Origin: a virus
Direction: 5' to 3' (one strand)
IMG/VR virus record: IMGVR_UViG_3300037465_000347
Span: 420 to 64,419 of that record
Length of the DNA: 64,000 nt
Part shown: piece after piece, positions 47,001 through 55,328 of the stretch
Layout: each line of letters opens with the position of its first letter
Numbering within the stretch: position 1 is the first letter of the stretch
Program-made: the position numbers and the translations under genes
Notes under the pieces: generated by a model
The model's input: only the letters and a program-made list of their open reading frames with translations
The model's database searches: none
What the model was told of the DNA's origin: nothing

Positions 47001-47576
47001 CTAGGTGAGTCATTTAGCTGCAAACCATCACTAGCATATGGTAAATTCTTTGATGGAGATGCTACAACTGTACAAGAAATTAAACGAATGAAGGATAAGA
47101 CCAATGTATCTTCTGTCAAAGGTATCATTCGTGATTTCTTTGAATTCCGTGTGAAAAAAGAAGGTAAGTATTATGGTCAGTCTATGATTAAAGCTGTAAT
47201 GGAAGATAAAAATGGCGACCAATGTACTCTAACTATTTTCCCGGACCGCTGGAAAACCGTACAGGAACGAATTGCAGAACTTAATAAGAAGGCTGAATTT
47301 GATATAGGTATAGCATTGTACTTCTCGGGTAACACCAATTCTTATGAAGATGATATGGGAATCATATTGGATCAATTATACCATATCGCGTTGCCGCCGT
47401 CTTTGCCGGCCGATCTAAAAGCTAAGAAAATCAATCTTAAAGAGGCAAAAGCTAAGCTTTTTGGAGAGGTAAAAGAGGAAAAACCTAAGAGTCCTCAGGA
47501 GATACTAGATCAAATTGAAGATACTCTCTATGATGAGGGCCTAATTGATTTAGATGACGAAAATGAAGATGATTGA
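44064..47576 (+). CDS. dnaE: DNA polymerase III alpha subunit (family C)
   Basis: PHP domain AITDHG; GRGSVGGS; FPDIDTDF; KMDTLGL; YGFNMSH; OB fold; no intein. Confidence 0.98.
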   Translation: MTDFVSLHNQTQFSILDSIITPKALFKRAKELGQTAVAITDHGSLAGTWDAWKASKETGVKLIIGCECYFQDDASNVNEKFRHIVLLAKNAVGYRNLLTLNKKGFDQSSFVGKRVYSVLDWKLLEQYSEGLICLTACGNGIISQPIMKGKMDEAEKTLLRLKDLFADNLGIEIQPNNMKRGSNIFNDEIDQDFLNRQLVKLGKKHNVRVVAACNAHYLTKEDADVHDAFLAIGAHQPKHSGFRLKYPVPEFYLKTGDEVKEFFARVYKDEAQTFVDNSIYFANLCEKPEWIDPKFSNPSGKELPVFPVKDEPDYPQFREWVTKQPEDIQKLDEDKLFLRYRCIERFDSRVKNLTPEQREQYNKRIEEELDVLEFHGFSSYMLIVADFIDWARKHEIAVGEGRGSVGGSLVAYLLGIHQADPIKYNLIFARFHNKEKSSFPDIDTDFAPSGRELVQNYLRKKYGEDHVAHVSNVNTITPKVYVKDIARIFEFGGSKEEAFKIGNEVANCIPADIHSIDDALTKVPLFAEYAKKYPEFVKYKDICGKYRAWSTHAGGIIISARPLTGLVPLRKDKDGALAIEYDKDKAEENGLVKMDTLGLSTLDIIGQAMKLIKESGKPVPENISYDEYDQEAYDIISSGDTFCVFQLGTSGGTIDLCKQIKPKSVNDISYINSLARPSARDMRKDFILTKVGKKPFALLHPTLGRAFNNTFGFGLYEESLMYLAQDVAGWSLHEADRLRKLTKEKGKNPKKVQEWRNEFIKGAVENNVDEAIAKRIWDEVVDKFQGYGFNMSHSILYSMTSYKTAYLKAHYPIEFLMANLMAEVKSNSPDAKGNIEKIKKEIRKRRVKIVPPDINKSQLSYTIEDGNKLITGLDAIKFVGADAINDILEKRPFTSFFDFMSRVSSKTVRANSIQALAACGALDSFGIPRKLMYLYVSDYRKKLQVWLKKHDPTQEEFIYPWPQESAWTMPEIYALEHYYLGESFSCKPSLAYGKFFDGDATTVQEIKRMKDKTNVSSVKGIIRDFFEFRVKKEGKYYGQSMIKAVMEDKNGDQCTLTIFPDRWKTVQERIAELNKKAEFDIGIALYFSGNTNSYEDDMGIILDQLYHIALPPSLPADLKAKKINLKEAKAKLFGEVKEEKPKSPQEILDQIEDTLYDEGLIDLDDENEDD

Positions 47577-47678
47577 TATATACGATGTTGGTTGATAACA
47601 AAATTGGCCGTATCGTCGAAAAATGATAAAGATGATATCATTTGTATATAAAATCTATGCATAGTAAGGAATGTAGTT

Positions 47679-48617
47679 ATGTCAAGAATAAAGCTAAAGG
47701 AATGGGCAGATAGAAATAACCTGTCATACATTACCGCAAATAGACATTTCCACCAAGGATTAATCCCTGGGGCTGTCCAGCTTGATTCTGGTACTATCCT
47801 TGTAGAGGATGACTCTTTGGAGCAGAATATGGCAGCTAATTCTAGTGCAAATGATGCAATGTCCCTTTTTCTGAAAAAGACGGTCGAGTTCAGTAAAAAT
47901 AATTCCACAGTGGAAGACTTTGCCGCTTTTATTATCTCGAATTTTCAGCTTAAACTAAATTCAGTTCCAGAGAGCCCTCGCTACTCTCGTAATAGACCAA
48001 AAGCAGATGAAGTGCAAAAACACTTTCAGCAATTCCTTCCAGATAAAGAATCTGTTGAACATATGAAAGCAGTCGCAGCTCTTTTGAAGCAAGGTAAAAC
48101 GGCTGGAAATGTTGTGCCTGCTGCAAGTGTGCCTGCTGCAAGTGCGCCTGAGGCAGCAGCCACTTCACCTGCTGATGGTTTGTTAAGTGAAGAAGAATTG
48201 CAAAGTTTATTTGCGGCATCTCCTAGTGCCGTAACAGACATGCATGCGTATACAGGTGTACACATGTATGGGGGAGAAACTACTGAAGGTCTGGTATCAC
48301 GAAGTGTTGATTTAAACACAACTCCACAACAAATCAACTATACCGGCTCTACAAGCCAGACCTTCAGTAGCACATCTTCTATTATTGGAGGTATGCAAGC
48401 CAACGCTAGTCATCTTGTTGGCGCCGCTCCGTTTGGAGAAGTTGCTATGAATGGAATATTTTTAGCCGCTCCAGCATCTGCTAGTTCTGTGCCCGTTACT
48501 TTCCAACCAACTCAAAAAGAAATATTATCAGCAACTCAAATTATTGAAACTGTCGATTCTGATGAAGTTAATGAGTTCCCACGCAAACGTGGCAGAAAAC
48601 CATCTAAGAAGAGATAA
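47679..48617 (+). CDS. Protein with IS607/MerR-like N-terminal HTH, low-complexity body and RGRKP tail
   Basis: KLKEWADRNNLSYITANRHFHQGLIPGAVQLDSGTILV; no serine-recombinase domain follows. Confidence 0.7.
   Translation: MSRIKLKEWADRNNLSYITANRHFHQGLIPGAVQLDSGTILVEDDSLEQNMAANSSANDAMSLFLKKTVEFSKNNSTVEDFAAFIISNFQLKLNSVPESPRYSRNRPKADEVQKHFQQFLPDKESVEHMKAVAALLKQGKTAGNVVPAASVPAASAPEAAATSPADGLLSEEELQSLFAASPSAVTDMHAYTGVHMYGGETTEGLVSRSVDLNTTPQQINYTGSTSQTFSSTSSIIGGMQANASHLVGAAPFGEVAMNGIFLAAPASASSVPVTFQPTQKEILSATQIIETVDSDEVNEFPRKRGRKPSKKR
48114..48150 (+). repeat. 15-bp tandem repeat (two copies plus a partial), encoding VPAAS-VPAAS-AP
   Basis: GTGCCTGCTGCAAGT at 48114 and 48129. Confidence 0.85.
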
Positions 48618-48619
48618 TA

Positions 48620-49342
48620 ATGCAATTGTCAAGTCGTCTTACAAAATTATTTCAATCACAAACTGATAAGATATTTAAATATCTTTTTTCAGAGAATCCT
48701 GATGTTATTAAGTCTTATGTCAATGGTGGTTTATCTGCTATTAGCATGATATTAGCACCAGTTAATGTATTTATGAGGCATCTACTAACGGTTCAAGGTT
48801 TAGACCCTGATGCGGTTCCTGGGGAAGCTCAGAGAGAATTGCTTCAAACTGCTTTTAATAGTATATTTGAAGCCACTCATGAAAAAGATTATGATGACGA
48901 TTATGATGTTTCGTGGGCTCGTAATAGATATAAGTCTGTGAAAGAAAAGCTAGATATTACTGAAGATAATTATAAGTCTCTGACAGATTTATCTAGGTTT
49001 AATGATGACCCACCAGTTTTGACTAAAGAAAAATTTGATGATTTAGTGCAAAAGGTTAATCCAGTAGCATTAGAGTCGGAAAAACGCGAATTACCATTAG
49101 TAACAACTTATTTCCAAGATGAAATTCAAGCTCTTAAAAGTTTTGTTGATTCTATGGAAGAAAGCAAAGCTAAGAAAAATAATCTTAAACCATCCTCTAA
49201 AAAGGTAAATAAAGGTAAGAGATCGGGAGGTATAATTCGTAGAATAACTTCTAATGAGACGCCAAAAGAAGAACCATCAACTTTGGAGGTTAAATCTGAT
49301 CGTAAAGTTCGTCCATCTTCTAAGAGACCCCCCAGGTCGTAA
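48620..49342 (+). CDS. Hypothetical protein, possibly continuing by +1 shift into 49332..49637
   Basis: ORF track; ends CCC-CCC-AGG-TCG-TAA. Confidence 0.7.
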   Translation: MQLSSRLTKLFQSQTDKIFKYLFSENPDVIKSYVNGGLSAISMILAPVNVFMRHLLTVQGLDPDAVPGEAQRELLQTAFNSIFEATHEKDYDDDYDVSWARNRYKSVKEKLDITEDNYKSLTDLSRFNDDPPVLTKEKFDDLVQKVNPVALESEKRELPLVTTYFQDEIQALKSFVDSMEESKAKKNNLKPSSKKVNKGKRSGGIIRRITSNETPKEEPSTLEVKSDRKVRPSSKRPPRS

Positions 49343-49637
49343 TTTAAGTGAATTAGCTGCGGAAAAGAAAGTTAAGGTAAAAGAAGCTATCCCAGAATTT
49401 CACGCAGAAATGAAAAGAAAACTAACTAAAGCTACAGAACTAACCAACCTAATGATTGCAAATGGTCTTTGTCAACCGGATAATAAATCTCGTAGAGACC
49501 AAATTAAGTCAATGATAAATTGGACTGATAACAATTTTGAAGCTCTAGAAAGAGTTATCAAAAAAAAATACGCTCCCACGAAAGATGCAGTAGTTGAGAA
49601 TAAATTTAAAGGCTCTTTTAGAAGAGTTCGGAAATAA
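49254..49637 (+). CDS. Hypothetical ORF with no convincing start of its own (probable frameshift extension)
   Basis: No start codon or SD near 49340; reads naturally from ...KRPP-GRNLSELAAEK. Confidence 0.55.
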   Translation: MRRQKKNHQLWRLNLIVKFVHLLRDPPGRNLSELAAEKKVKVKEAIPEFHAEMKRKLTKATELTNLMIANGLCQPDNKSRRDQIKSMINWTDNNFEALERVIKKKYAPTKDAVVENKFKGSFRRVRK

Positions 49638-49644
49638 GGTATAA

Positions 49645-50106
49645 ATGCCAATTAGACGTGTTCAACAACAATCAGATAGTGGAAGTATCCAAAACCTACA
49701 AAATAGGAACGAGGAAGAACTTCCTCCAACCGATTATGAGCTTCGAGTGAAAGAGCTTTATGAACATGCATTGGTAACTAGAAATCAAGCCCTAGTTGAC
49801 TCCCTGAGTTTGATTCCACTTAATGGGGCTGCCAATGATCCGGTTTCTATTTTTTTTAGACACAGAGAATATGTTAAATCACTTAGCGCCTCGCTAGCTG
49901 AAAAAATTCGGCAGGCAGCTAAAGAAATTGCAAGCTGCTTACATGTGGATGAATCTTCTTTACCACAAGAAATAAAATGGTCTAGATATAAGCAATCTCA
50001 TTATCTTACAGCTATTACTGAAGATATTGATATAGTTAAAGTAGCAAGTGCTGATGGCCAAACTTATACGAGGACAAAAAGAAGTTTTAGAAGGGTAATC
50101 GAATGA
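49645..50106 (+). CDS. Hypothetical protein
   Basis: ORF track; C-terminal KGSF/KRSF-RRV motif shared with neighbours. Confidence 0.7.
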   Translation: MPIRRVQQQSDSGSIQNLQNRNEEELPPTDYELRVKELYEHALVTRNQALVDSLSLIPLNGAANDPVSIFFRHREYVKSLSASLAEKIRQAAKEIASCLHVDESSLPQEIKWSRYKQSHYLTAITEDIDIVKVASADGQTYTRTKRSFRRVIE

Positions 50107-50915
50107 AGTGCGTATCCTGTGAAATAGAAATTAATCCAAAATGGAAATATGCTATTGATATGAATGTGTGTCCCTTTTGTGGCAAACATATTATGGAAGA
50201 GCATCTTAAGAACTGTCTAACTACTTTGGCTGCTGCTATGGAAGCGATGCTTAAGTACCCTGAACAGTTAGATGATTGGCTGCTATCTAATCATAACTAT
50301 ATTAAAACAGACTCTCCCGATCTAAAACAATATCTTCCAAAAGAAGCTTTCGAAGAAATACGCAAAGAACTTGATGAAGCAGAATTTCAAGAGAAGAAAA
50401 AGTCTGTTGTTAAGATTAAGGTTCCGACAGAAGATGGTGATGTTATTGAACAAGAAGTTGTTGTTGAAAAGATGGCAACCGATGATAGAACTCAAACTTT
50501 CCACGATCGCGCAAACAATATGTTGAAGCAAGAGAAAGCTGTGAATGGTGACCCTAAAAGTGTCGCCGCAAAAACTAGGGATCTTAAAGCAATGGCAGAA
50601 AAAATCAAGCGAGAAGCTGCAATTCAAGCGAAAGCCGAAGGTGGTATGGCACCTATGATGAGCAAGGAAATGATCGCTTCTGGTGATATAGTGTCTTCGA
50701 GCTTGCCACCAGCTTCCGATGGTGATGACGATGAAATTTCAGATGTTGTTTTAGCAATGAATAATATGAAAAAATTTGGAGGGGTTGGTGGTGCGAACGA
50801 AAAAGATTTGCATGCCCTAGCTAAGATGCAGGCAAAAGCTCAAGGCGCTTTCAAACGATTGGGTTCTGGTCAAGGAAGTTTTTCAAGAGTAAACCATGGC
50901 AATCAGAGTCGTTGA
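50103..50915 (+). CDS. Hypothetical protein with N-terminal Zn ribbon
   Basis: CVSC...CPFCG. Confidence 0.7.
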   Translation: MKCVSCEIEINPKWKYAIDMNVCPFCGKHIMEEHLKNCLTTLAAAMEAMLKYPEQLDDWLLSNHNYIKTDSPDLKQYLPKEAFEEIRKELDEAEFQEKKKSVVKIKVPTEDGDVIEQEVVVEKMATDDRTQTFHDRANNMLKQEKAVNGDPKSVAAKTRDLKAMAEKIKREAAIQAKAEGGMAPMMSKEMIASGDIVSSSLPPASDGDDDEISDVVLAMNNMKKFGGVGGANEKDLHALAKMQAKAQGAFKRLGSGQGSFSRVNHGNQSR

Positions 50916-51183
50916 CAATAAGAAACTGGAAATGACAGATGATGAATGGGATATGTACCAAAAGATTTGTAAGTCTTATACAGATGTAACTGGTAAAGGC
51001 GAAGATCTTTTTATGGATTTGTTTGAGACTAATGATGAAGGTATTATTATTTTTTTAAAACCTCCCGCTAAGAGAAGAACTAGTTTAGAAGTATTCTTAT
51101 TTTTGATGTCATTAATGCAACACCAACATTTACGTTTAATGTATCAACAGATTGATGACGCCATTAAAGAAATCAAGAAGTAA
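50896..51183 (+). CDS. Hypothetical protein
   Basis: ORF track. Confidence 0.7.
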   Translation: MAIRVVDNKKLEMTDDEWDMYQKICKSYTDVTGKGEDLFMDLFETNDEGIIIFLKPPAKRRTSLEVFLFLMSLMQHQHLRLMYQQIDDAIKEIKK

Positions 51184-51439
51184 AATGGGACATTATTCCG
51201 AAAAGATAAGCAATAAAGATAAGCAATTTGTCAAAGATTTCATAATGGATAAAATATCTCATAAAATAGATGAGGCTTTAGCTAATTTAGAAAGTGCTTA
51301 TGATTACAACCATTTTTGTAATGAAATATGGATTGATAGTTTTCATGGTAGTTTTAAGCTACATTTTACGCCGGCCAATGAGATGAATGATGGGCAGAAT
51401 TATTATTTATCATTTGATTATTTTGGTCGTGGCAAATAA
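51152..51439 (+). CDS. Hypothetical protein (start probably 51185)
   Basis: ORF track. Confidence 0.55.
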   Translation: MMTPLKKSRSKMGHYSEKISNKDKQFVKDFIMDKISHKIDEALANLESAYDYNHFCNEIWIDSFHGSFKLHFTPANEMNDGQNYYLSFDYFGRGK

Positions 51440-51492
51440 TTATTTGTCGAGAAAAAGTTCGGTTAATTCAATTATATAGGGGAAAGACAAAC

Positions 51493-51999
51493 ATGAGCCA
51501 ACAAGTAAGACTCGGCGATGTTTTAGGTGCTAACCTTGAGGAAGACTTTAAGAATTTTGACCTTACGGAAATACAAAGTGTATTGGAACAATTAAGGGAT
51601 GTAGATGCTATTGATTTAGCACATGCAGAACTTTTACAACAAAAATCATTAAGAGGAGCAGATATTTTAGCAGATTATCTAGCTAAGATGGTAAAGACAG
51701 TAGCATATCTAGAATCGAAAGTAAATAGTACAAAGAATAAAGTGTCCTTAGAATATGCGTCTCCTGATGGAGCGCGAACGACCGTGGACATGAAGAAATG
51801 GGCGGGAGAATCATCGCCCGAAGTCGAAGCAATACTAGTAAAATTAGCAGAAGCCAAAGGTGCTAAAATGGCCCTGGACCGAAAATACGAGATTTTGATC
51901 AAAGCTCACCACCATTTTAAAGACATTGCTGGCGGGCTCCGAAAGACGATCCTCGGTTATAGTTCAGGCACCGGCAACCCGCCAGGCGAGGGCTATTGA
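51493..51999 (+). CDS. Helical protein, possible UvsY-like recombination mediator
   Basis: Helical pattern (AGESSPEVEAILVKLAEAKG) and position directly before recA; inference only. Confidence 0.4.
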   Translation: MSQQVRLGDVLGANLEEDFKNFDLTEIQSVLEQLRDVDAIDLAHAELLQQKSLRGADILADYLAKMVKTVAYLESKVNSTKNKVSLEYASPDGARTTVDMKKWAGESSPEVEAILVKLAEAKGAKMALDRKYEILIKAHHHFKDIAGGLRKTILGYSSGTGNPPGEGY

Positions 52000-53207
52000 T
52001 AGGAGAAAAAATGTCAGATGATAAAAAAAAGAAAGCCGATAAGCTAACCGCATTTTTCCGAAGCTTTGCAGAAGCAGACGCTCAGTTAGATGTTAGACTC
52101 GCCCATGAAACTATTGGAGAAAAACTTCCTGTTATTTCATCTGGCTCTATGGTTCTTGACGATGCTTTGTCATCCGGTGGTTTACCAAAAGGCAGATTGA
52201 TTCAGTATTATGGCGCCCCCGGCAGTGGCAAAACCCTAATGGCAATGCTGGCTATGAAAGAAGCGCAACTACAAGACCCAACATCTCAACAGATGTTCAT
52301 TGATGCAGAAGGCACATTCGATGCTAAGTGGGCAGAGATTCTTGGACTAGATGTCACTAGAATTATTGTTGTAGATGGTGAAACGGCCGTTATTGGTCGT
52401 AGCTGTTTTGAGATGATTCTTGGGGTTCCTAAGGAAGATAAAAAGACTCATGAGCTAGTCGGCAAATCTAAGCAAGGACTACTCGATATGATTATGGCGG
52501 GAGAATTCAATATCAACATGGTTGTGTTGGATTCACTCGGCGCCATTATTCCACCAGGCGAAGATGTTTCGGTTGTTGGAAAGATGAATATGGCTTTACT
52601 TGCCAGATTCTTAACTACTACTTTCCGTAAGCTTTCTCTTGATGCAAATAGGGCAATGGTGCCATTTATTTTCATCAACCATAAGAAAGCCAATATGGAT
52701 CCTTATGGTGTAGACCACTCGTTTTCTGGCGGAAATACTTACGCTCACTTCTTGAGTGCTAACGTTTACTTTGAAGCGGTAGCTCGTGCAGATGCGCAAA
52801 TCTTGGATGAAAAAGAGCAAAAGGTCGGACATACGATGCGTGCAACCATTGAAAAATCGAAGTTTGGCCCTTACCCTCGTAAGTGTGAATTCAAAGTAAA
52901 CTTCGGAGTCGGCGTTATAGATAAGCATGAAGAAATTGCACAGCTAGCTTTAGATTACAACGTGGTCGTTAAGACCTCCACAGTATCTCATGAATATGGT
53001 GATAAGAAGTGGGTTGGATTTCCAAAGTTCTGTGAAGCTCTTAAAGATGATCCAGCTCTTGCGACTGAACTAGCTTTGAAGATTAGCCAGGCGCGTGAGC
53101 AAAAGTGGGAAACAGCTCGTAAGGAACAAGAGGCCAAGAAAAATGGCGTTACTGCTGATGAAGCTGGTATAGAAACAGAAGCAAAGAAGGGCAAGAAAGG
53201 TAAGTAA
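51996..53207 (+). CDS. recA: RecA/UvsX recombinase
   Basis: SSGSMVLDDALSSGGLPKGR, GAPGSGKT, FIDAEG, VLDSLGA, FIN, GGN..; no intein. Confidence 0.95.
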   Translation: MIGEKMSDDKKKKADKLTAFFRSFAEADAQLDVRLAHETIGEKLPVISSGSMVLDDALSSGGLPKGRLIQYYGAPGSGKTLMAMLAMKEAQLQDPTSQQMFIDAEGTFDAKWAEILGLDVTRIIVVDGETAVIGRSCFEMILGVPKEDKKTHELVGKSKQGLLDMIMAGEFNINMVVLDSLGAIIPPGEDVSVVGKMNMALLARFLTTTFRKLSLDANRAMVPFIFINHKKANMDPYGVDHSFSGGNTYAHFLSANVYFEAVARADAQILDEKEQKVGHTMRATIEKSKFGPYPRKCEFKVNFGVGVIDKHEEIAQLALDYNVVVKTSTVSHEYGDKKWVGFPKFCEALKDDPALATELALKISQAREQKWETARKEQEAKKNGVTADEAGIETEAKKGKKGK

Positions 53208-53209
53208 TT

Positions 53210-53560
53210 ATGCCAATTGAGTTGGGTCCAAATAGTCTTTTAGGCGCTCAAGCTGCCTCCCTCAAGAAACCACCATTTTTAATTACATTAGAAGATGGTC
53301 TTTCTGGGAAGACTCGTAATTTTCAGAGATTTATTTCTTTGGATAAGCCTGAATCAATTAACGGTTTTGTCCAAGTCAAGGGAATTTTCTGTGATAAGGA
53401 CGAAGAGGAAATAATCAAAACCTTTGCGGACATCTTGACAAATACTTCCAAAGAATTAATTTTGGAGATGATGTTTCCGCTACATAGAATTCATAGCATT
53501 AGAAGCTTAGTATTCAATGCTGTAAAGACTGTGACAGTTCCTAATAAAGAACAGAAGTAA
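53210..53560 (+). CDS. Hypothetical protein
   Basis: ORF track. Confidence 0.7.
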   Translation: MPIELGPNSLLGAQAASLKKPPFLITLEDGLSGKTRNFQRFISLDKPESINGFVQVKGIFCDKDEEEIIKTFADILTNTSKELILEMMFPLHRIHSIRSLVFNAVKTVTVPNKEQK

Positions 53561-53578
53561 GATATTACGAATAGGAAA

Positions 53579-53869
53579 GTGAGTAATACAATGGTTAACG
53601 CGAATGAAACAAATGAGGTGATTTTTCGTGGGGTCACCTCAGTAATAGAACAATCTGGAGGCATTTGGAAAGGAACGATGACAAATTTGACTACTGCTTT
53701 GAACCGTGTTCTTAGTCAACGTCAGAGGACTCTTCTTCCTGGTTCACCAGGCGCCCTCAGAGTGGTGATTAACAGAATAGCTAATAGGCTACGTAATAGA
53801 GGTATTGGAGTAAGATTTGGCCGTACCACTGACCACACCCGCACTCGCTACGTACGATTTACACACTAA
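53579..53869 (+). CDS. Basic hypothetical protein
   Basis: ORF track; Arg-rich C-terminus. Confidence 0.65.
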   Translation: MSNTMVNANETNEVIFRGVTSVIEQSGGIWKGTMTNLTTALNRVLSQRQRTLLPGSPGALRVVINRIANRLRNRGIGVRFGRTTDHTRTRYVRFTH

Positions 53870-53953
53870 TGTGATAGAAAATACGATCGATTGTTTTTGT
53901 TAAGTAGATAAACGTACTATAAGTACAAAATAGAATAACATTTGGAGATCAAA

Positions 53954-54673
53954 ATGAGTACATTCGGTGAAGTATCTTGGAATGATGATGTGTTCCCAGG
54001 CGATAACAAGAAGCAAACAAACAGCAAAGACCTCTTTCTTCGTTTAGATGAGGGCCCGAACGAAATCCGTATTCTGACCCAACCATACCAGTACTTGGTT
54101 CATAAGTACAAGAAAGAAGGTGACAACGGTTTCGGACAGAAAGTTCAGTGTTCTGCAATTCATGGAAGCTGCCCTCTCTGTGCGGATGGCGACAAGGCTA
54201 AGCCGCGTTGGTTACTAGGAGTTATTAGTCGTAAGACTGGTACCTACAAGATTTTGGACATCTCTTTTGCTGTGTTTTCACAGATTAGAAAATATAACAA
54301 AAATCCAAGATTTGGTGATCCAACTAAGTATGACATCAACATTGAAGTTGATAAGAACGGCGGTGCCACTGGATACTACAGTGTTCAAGCCTTGCCAAAG
54401 GAACCACTATCAGCCGCTGACCAAGTAATTAAGGACAGCATTGACTTTGATGACCTGAAGCGCAGAGTCACTCCACCTACTCCTGAAAAAGTTCAGGCTA
54501 GATTGGACAAAATCAATGGTGTAACGACCAGCGGTGCACCTGCAACTTCTGCTCCGGCTCCTGCCGCTGTAAAGAAGAGCACCAAGGCTGCCGCTCCAGC
54601 CGTCAGCATGACTGATGATGAAGAACTAGACAAAACTTTCCCTGACTATGAAGGTGAAGACGCCCAGTCCTAA
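53954..54673 (+). CDS. gp32-like single-stranded DNA-binding protein
   Basis: FLRLDEG.NEIRIL..H..C..CPLC..DPT.YDI; acidic C-terminal tail; lies between recA and the resolvase. Confidence 0.75.
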   Translation: MSTFGEVSWNDDVFPGDNKKQTNSKDLFLRLDEGPNEIRILTQPYQYLVHKYKKEGDNGFGQKVQCSAIHGSCPLCADGDKAKPRWLLGVISRKTGTYKILDISFAVFSQIRKYNKNPRFGDPTKYDINIEVDKNGGATGYYSVQALPKEPLSAADQVIKDSIDFDDLKRRVTPPTPEKVQARLDKINGVTTSGAPATSAPAPAAVKKSTKAAAPAVSMTDDEELDKTFPDYEGEDAQS

Positions 54674-54695
54674 ATCTATCACTCCCTAGATAGTT

Positions 54696-54739
54696 GAAAG
54701 ACCCATAACCAATTTGGTTATGGGTCTTTCTGTTTTATT
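54696..54739 (+). terminator. Intrinsic terminator, 17-bp perfect inverted repeat
   Basis: GAAAGACCCATAACCAA-T-TTGGTTATGGGTCTTTC followed by TGTTTTATT. Confidence 0.85.
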
Positions 54740-54755
54740 GGATATATTACCAAGT

Positions 54756-55328
54756 ATGGCTAAAACTATACTTGGCTTTGACGCCTCTTCTACTACTATT
54801 GGTTATTCTATATTAAGTTGGGATGAAACAACAAATAATATTTCTTTTGTAAAAGCTGGATATATCAAGCCCAAAAAGAAAGGTTCTATTATCGAAAGGA
54901 TAGTAGATACCAGAAATCAAGTTCAAAGGGTCATCGTAGCTGCTCAGCCAGATTATATCTCTATTGAAGAGATAATTCAGTTTATGAAAGGTAAGAGTAC
55001 TGCTAAGACTATTATCATGTTAACTACTTTTAATAGGATGATTTGTCTAACTGCTTATGATTATCTTGGTAAGGAACCTACTCTTTATAGTGTTATGACA
55101 ATTCGTCATGGGCTAAAGACGGGTAAAGATTTACCAAAAAAAGAAGAAATGCCGGCCCTTGTCGCCCAACATTTAGGAATTACGTTTCCCTATGAGTATA
55201 ATAAGAAGGGCAGTATTAAGGTCGAAAGCTACGATAAAGCTGACGGCATTGCAGTTGGCCTGTATCATACGCTTGCTTTAGCGGGCAAGGTAAAGACTAA
55301 AGGAAAGCCTAAGGGTAAGAAAAAATGA
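54756..55328 (+). CDS. RuvC-like Holliday junction resolvase
   Basis: ILGFDASSTTIGY, ISIEE, YDKADGIAVG; GATATATT-N7-ATG. Confidence 0.82.
   Translation: MAKTILGFDASSTTIGYSILSWDETTNNISFVKAGYIKPKKKGSIIERIVDTRNQVQRVIVAAQPDYISIEEIIQFMKGKSTAKTIIMLTTFNRMICLTAYDYLGKEPTLYSVMTIRHGLKTGKDLPKKEEMPALVAQHLGITFPYEYNKKGSIKVESYDKADGIAVGLYHTLALAGKVKTKGKPKGKKK

Noticed and set aside
47679-48617. Intact IS607 element
   Set aside because: No serine recombinase catalytic domain, no tnpB and no element ends.
49348-49356. GTG-AAT-TAG as a third amber-gated start
   Set aside because: That frame hits TAA eight codons later and is not the frame of the downstream ORF.
44064-53207. Inteins or introns in dnaE and recA
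   Set aside because: Lengths are normal, motifs are contiguous and no intein splice motifs were seen.
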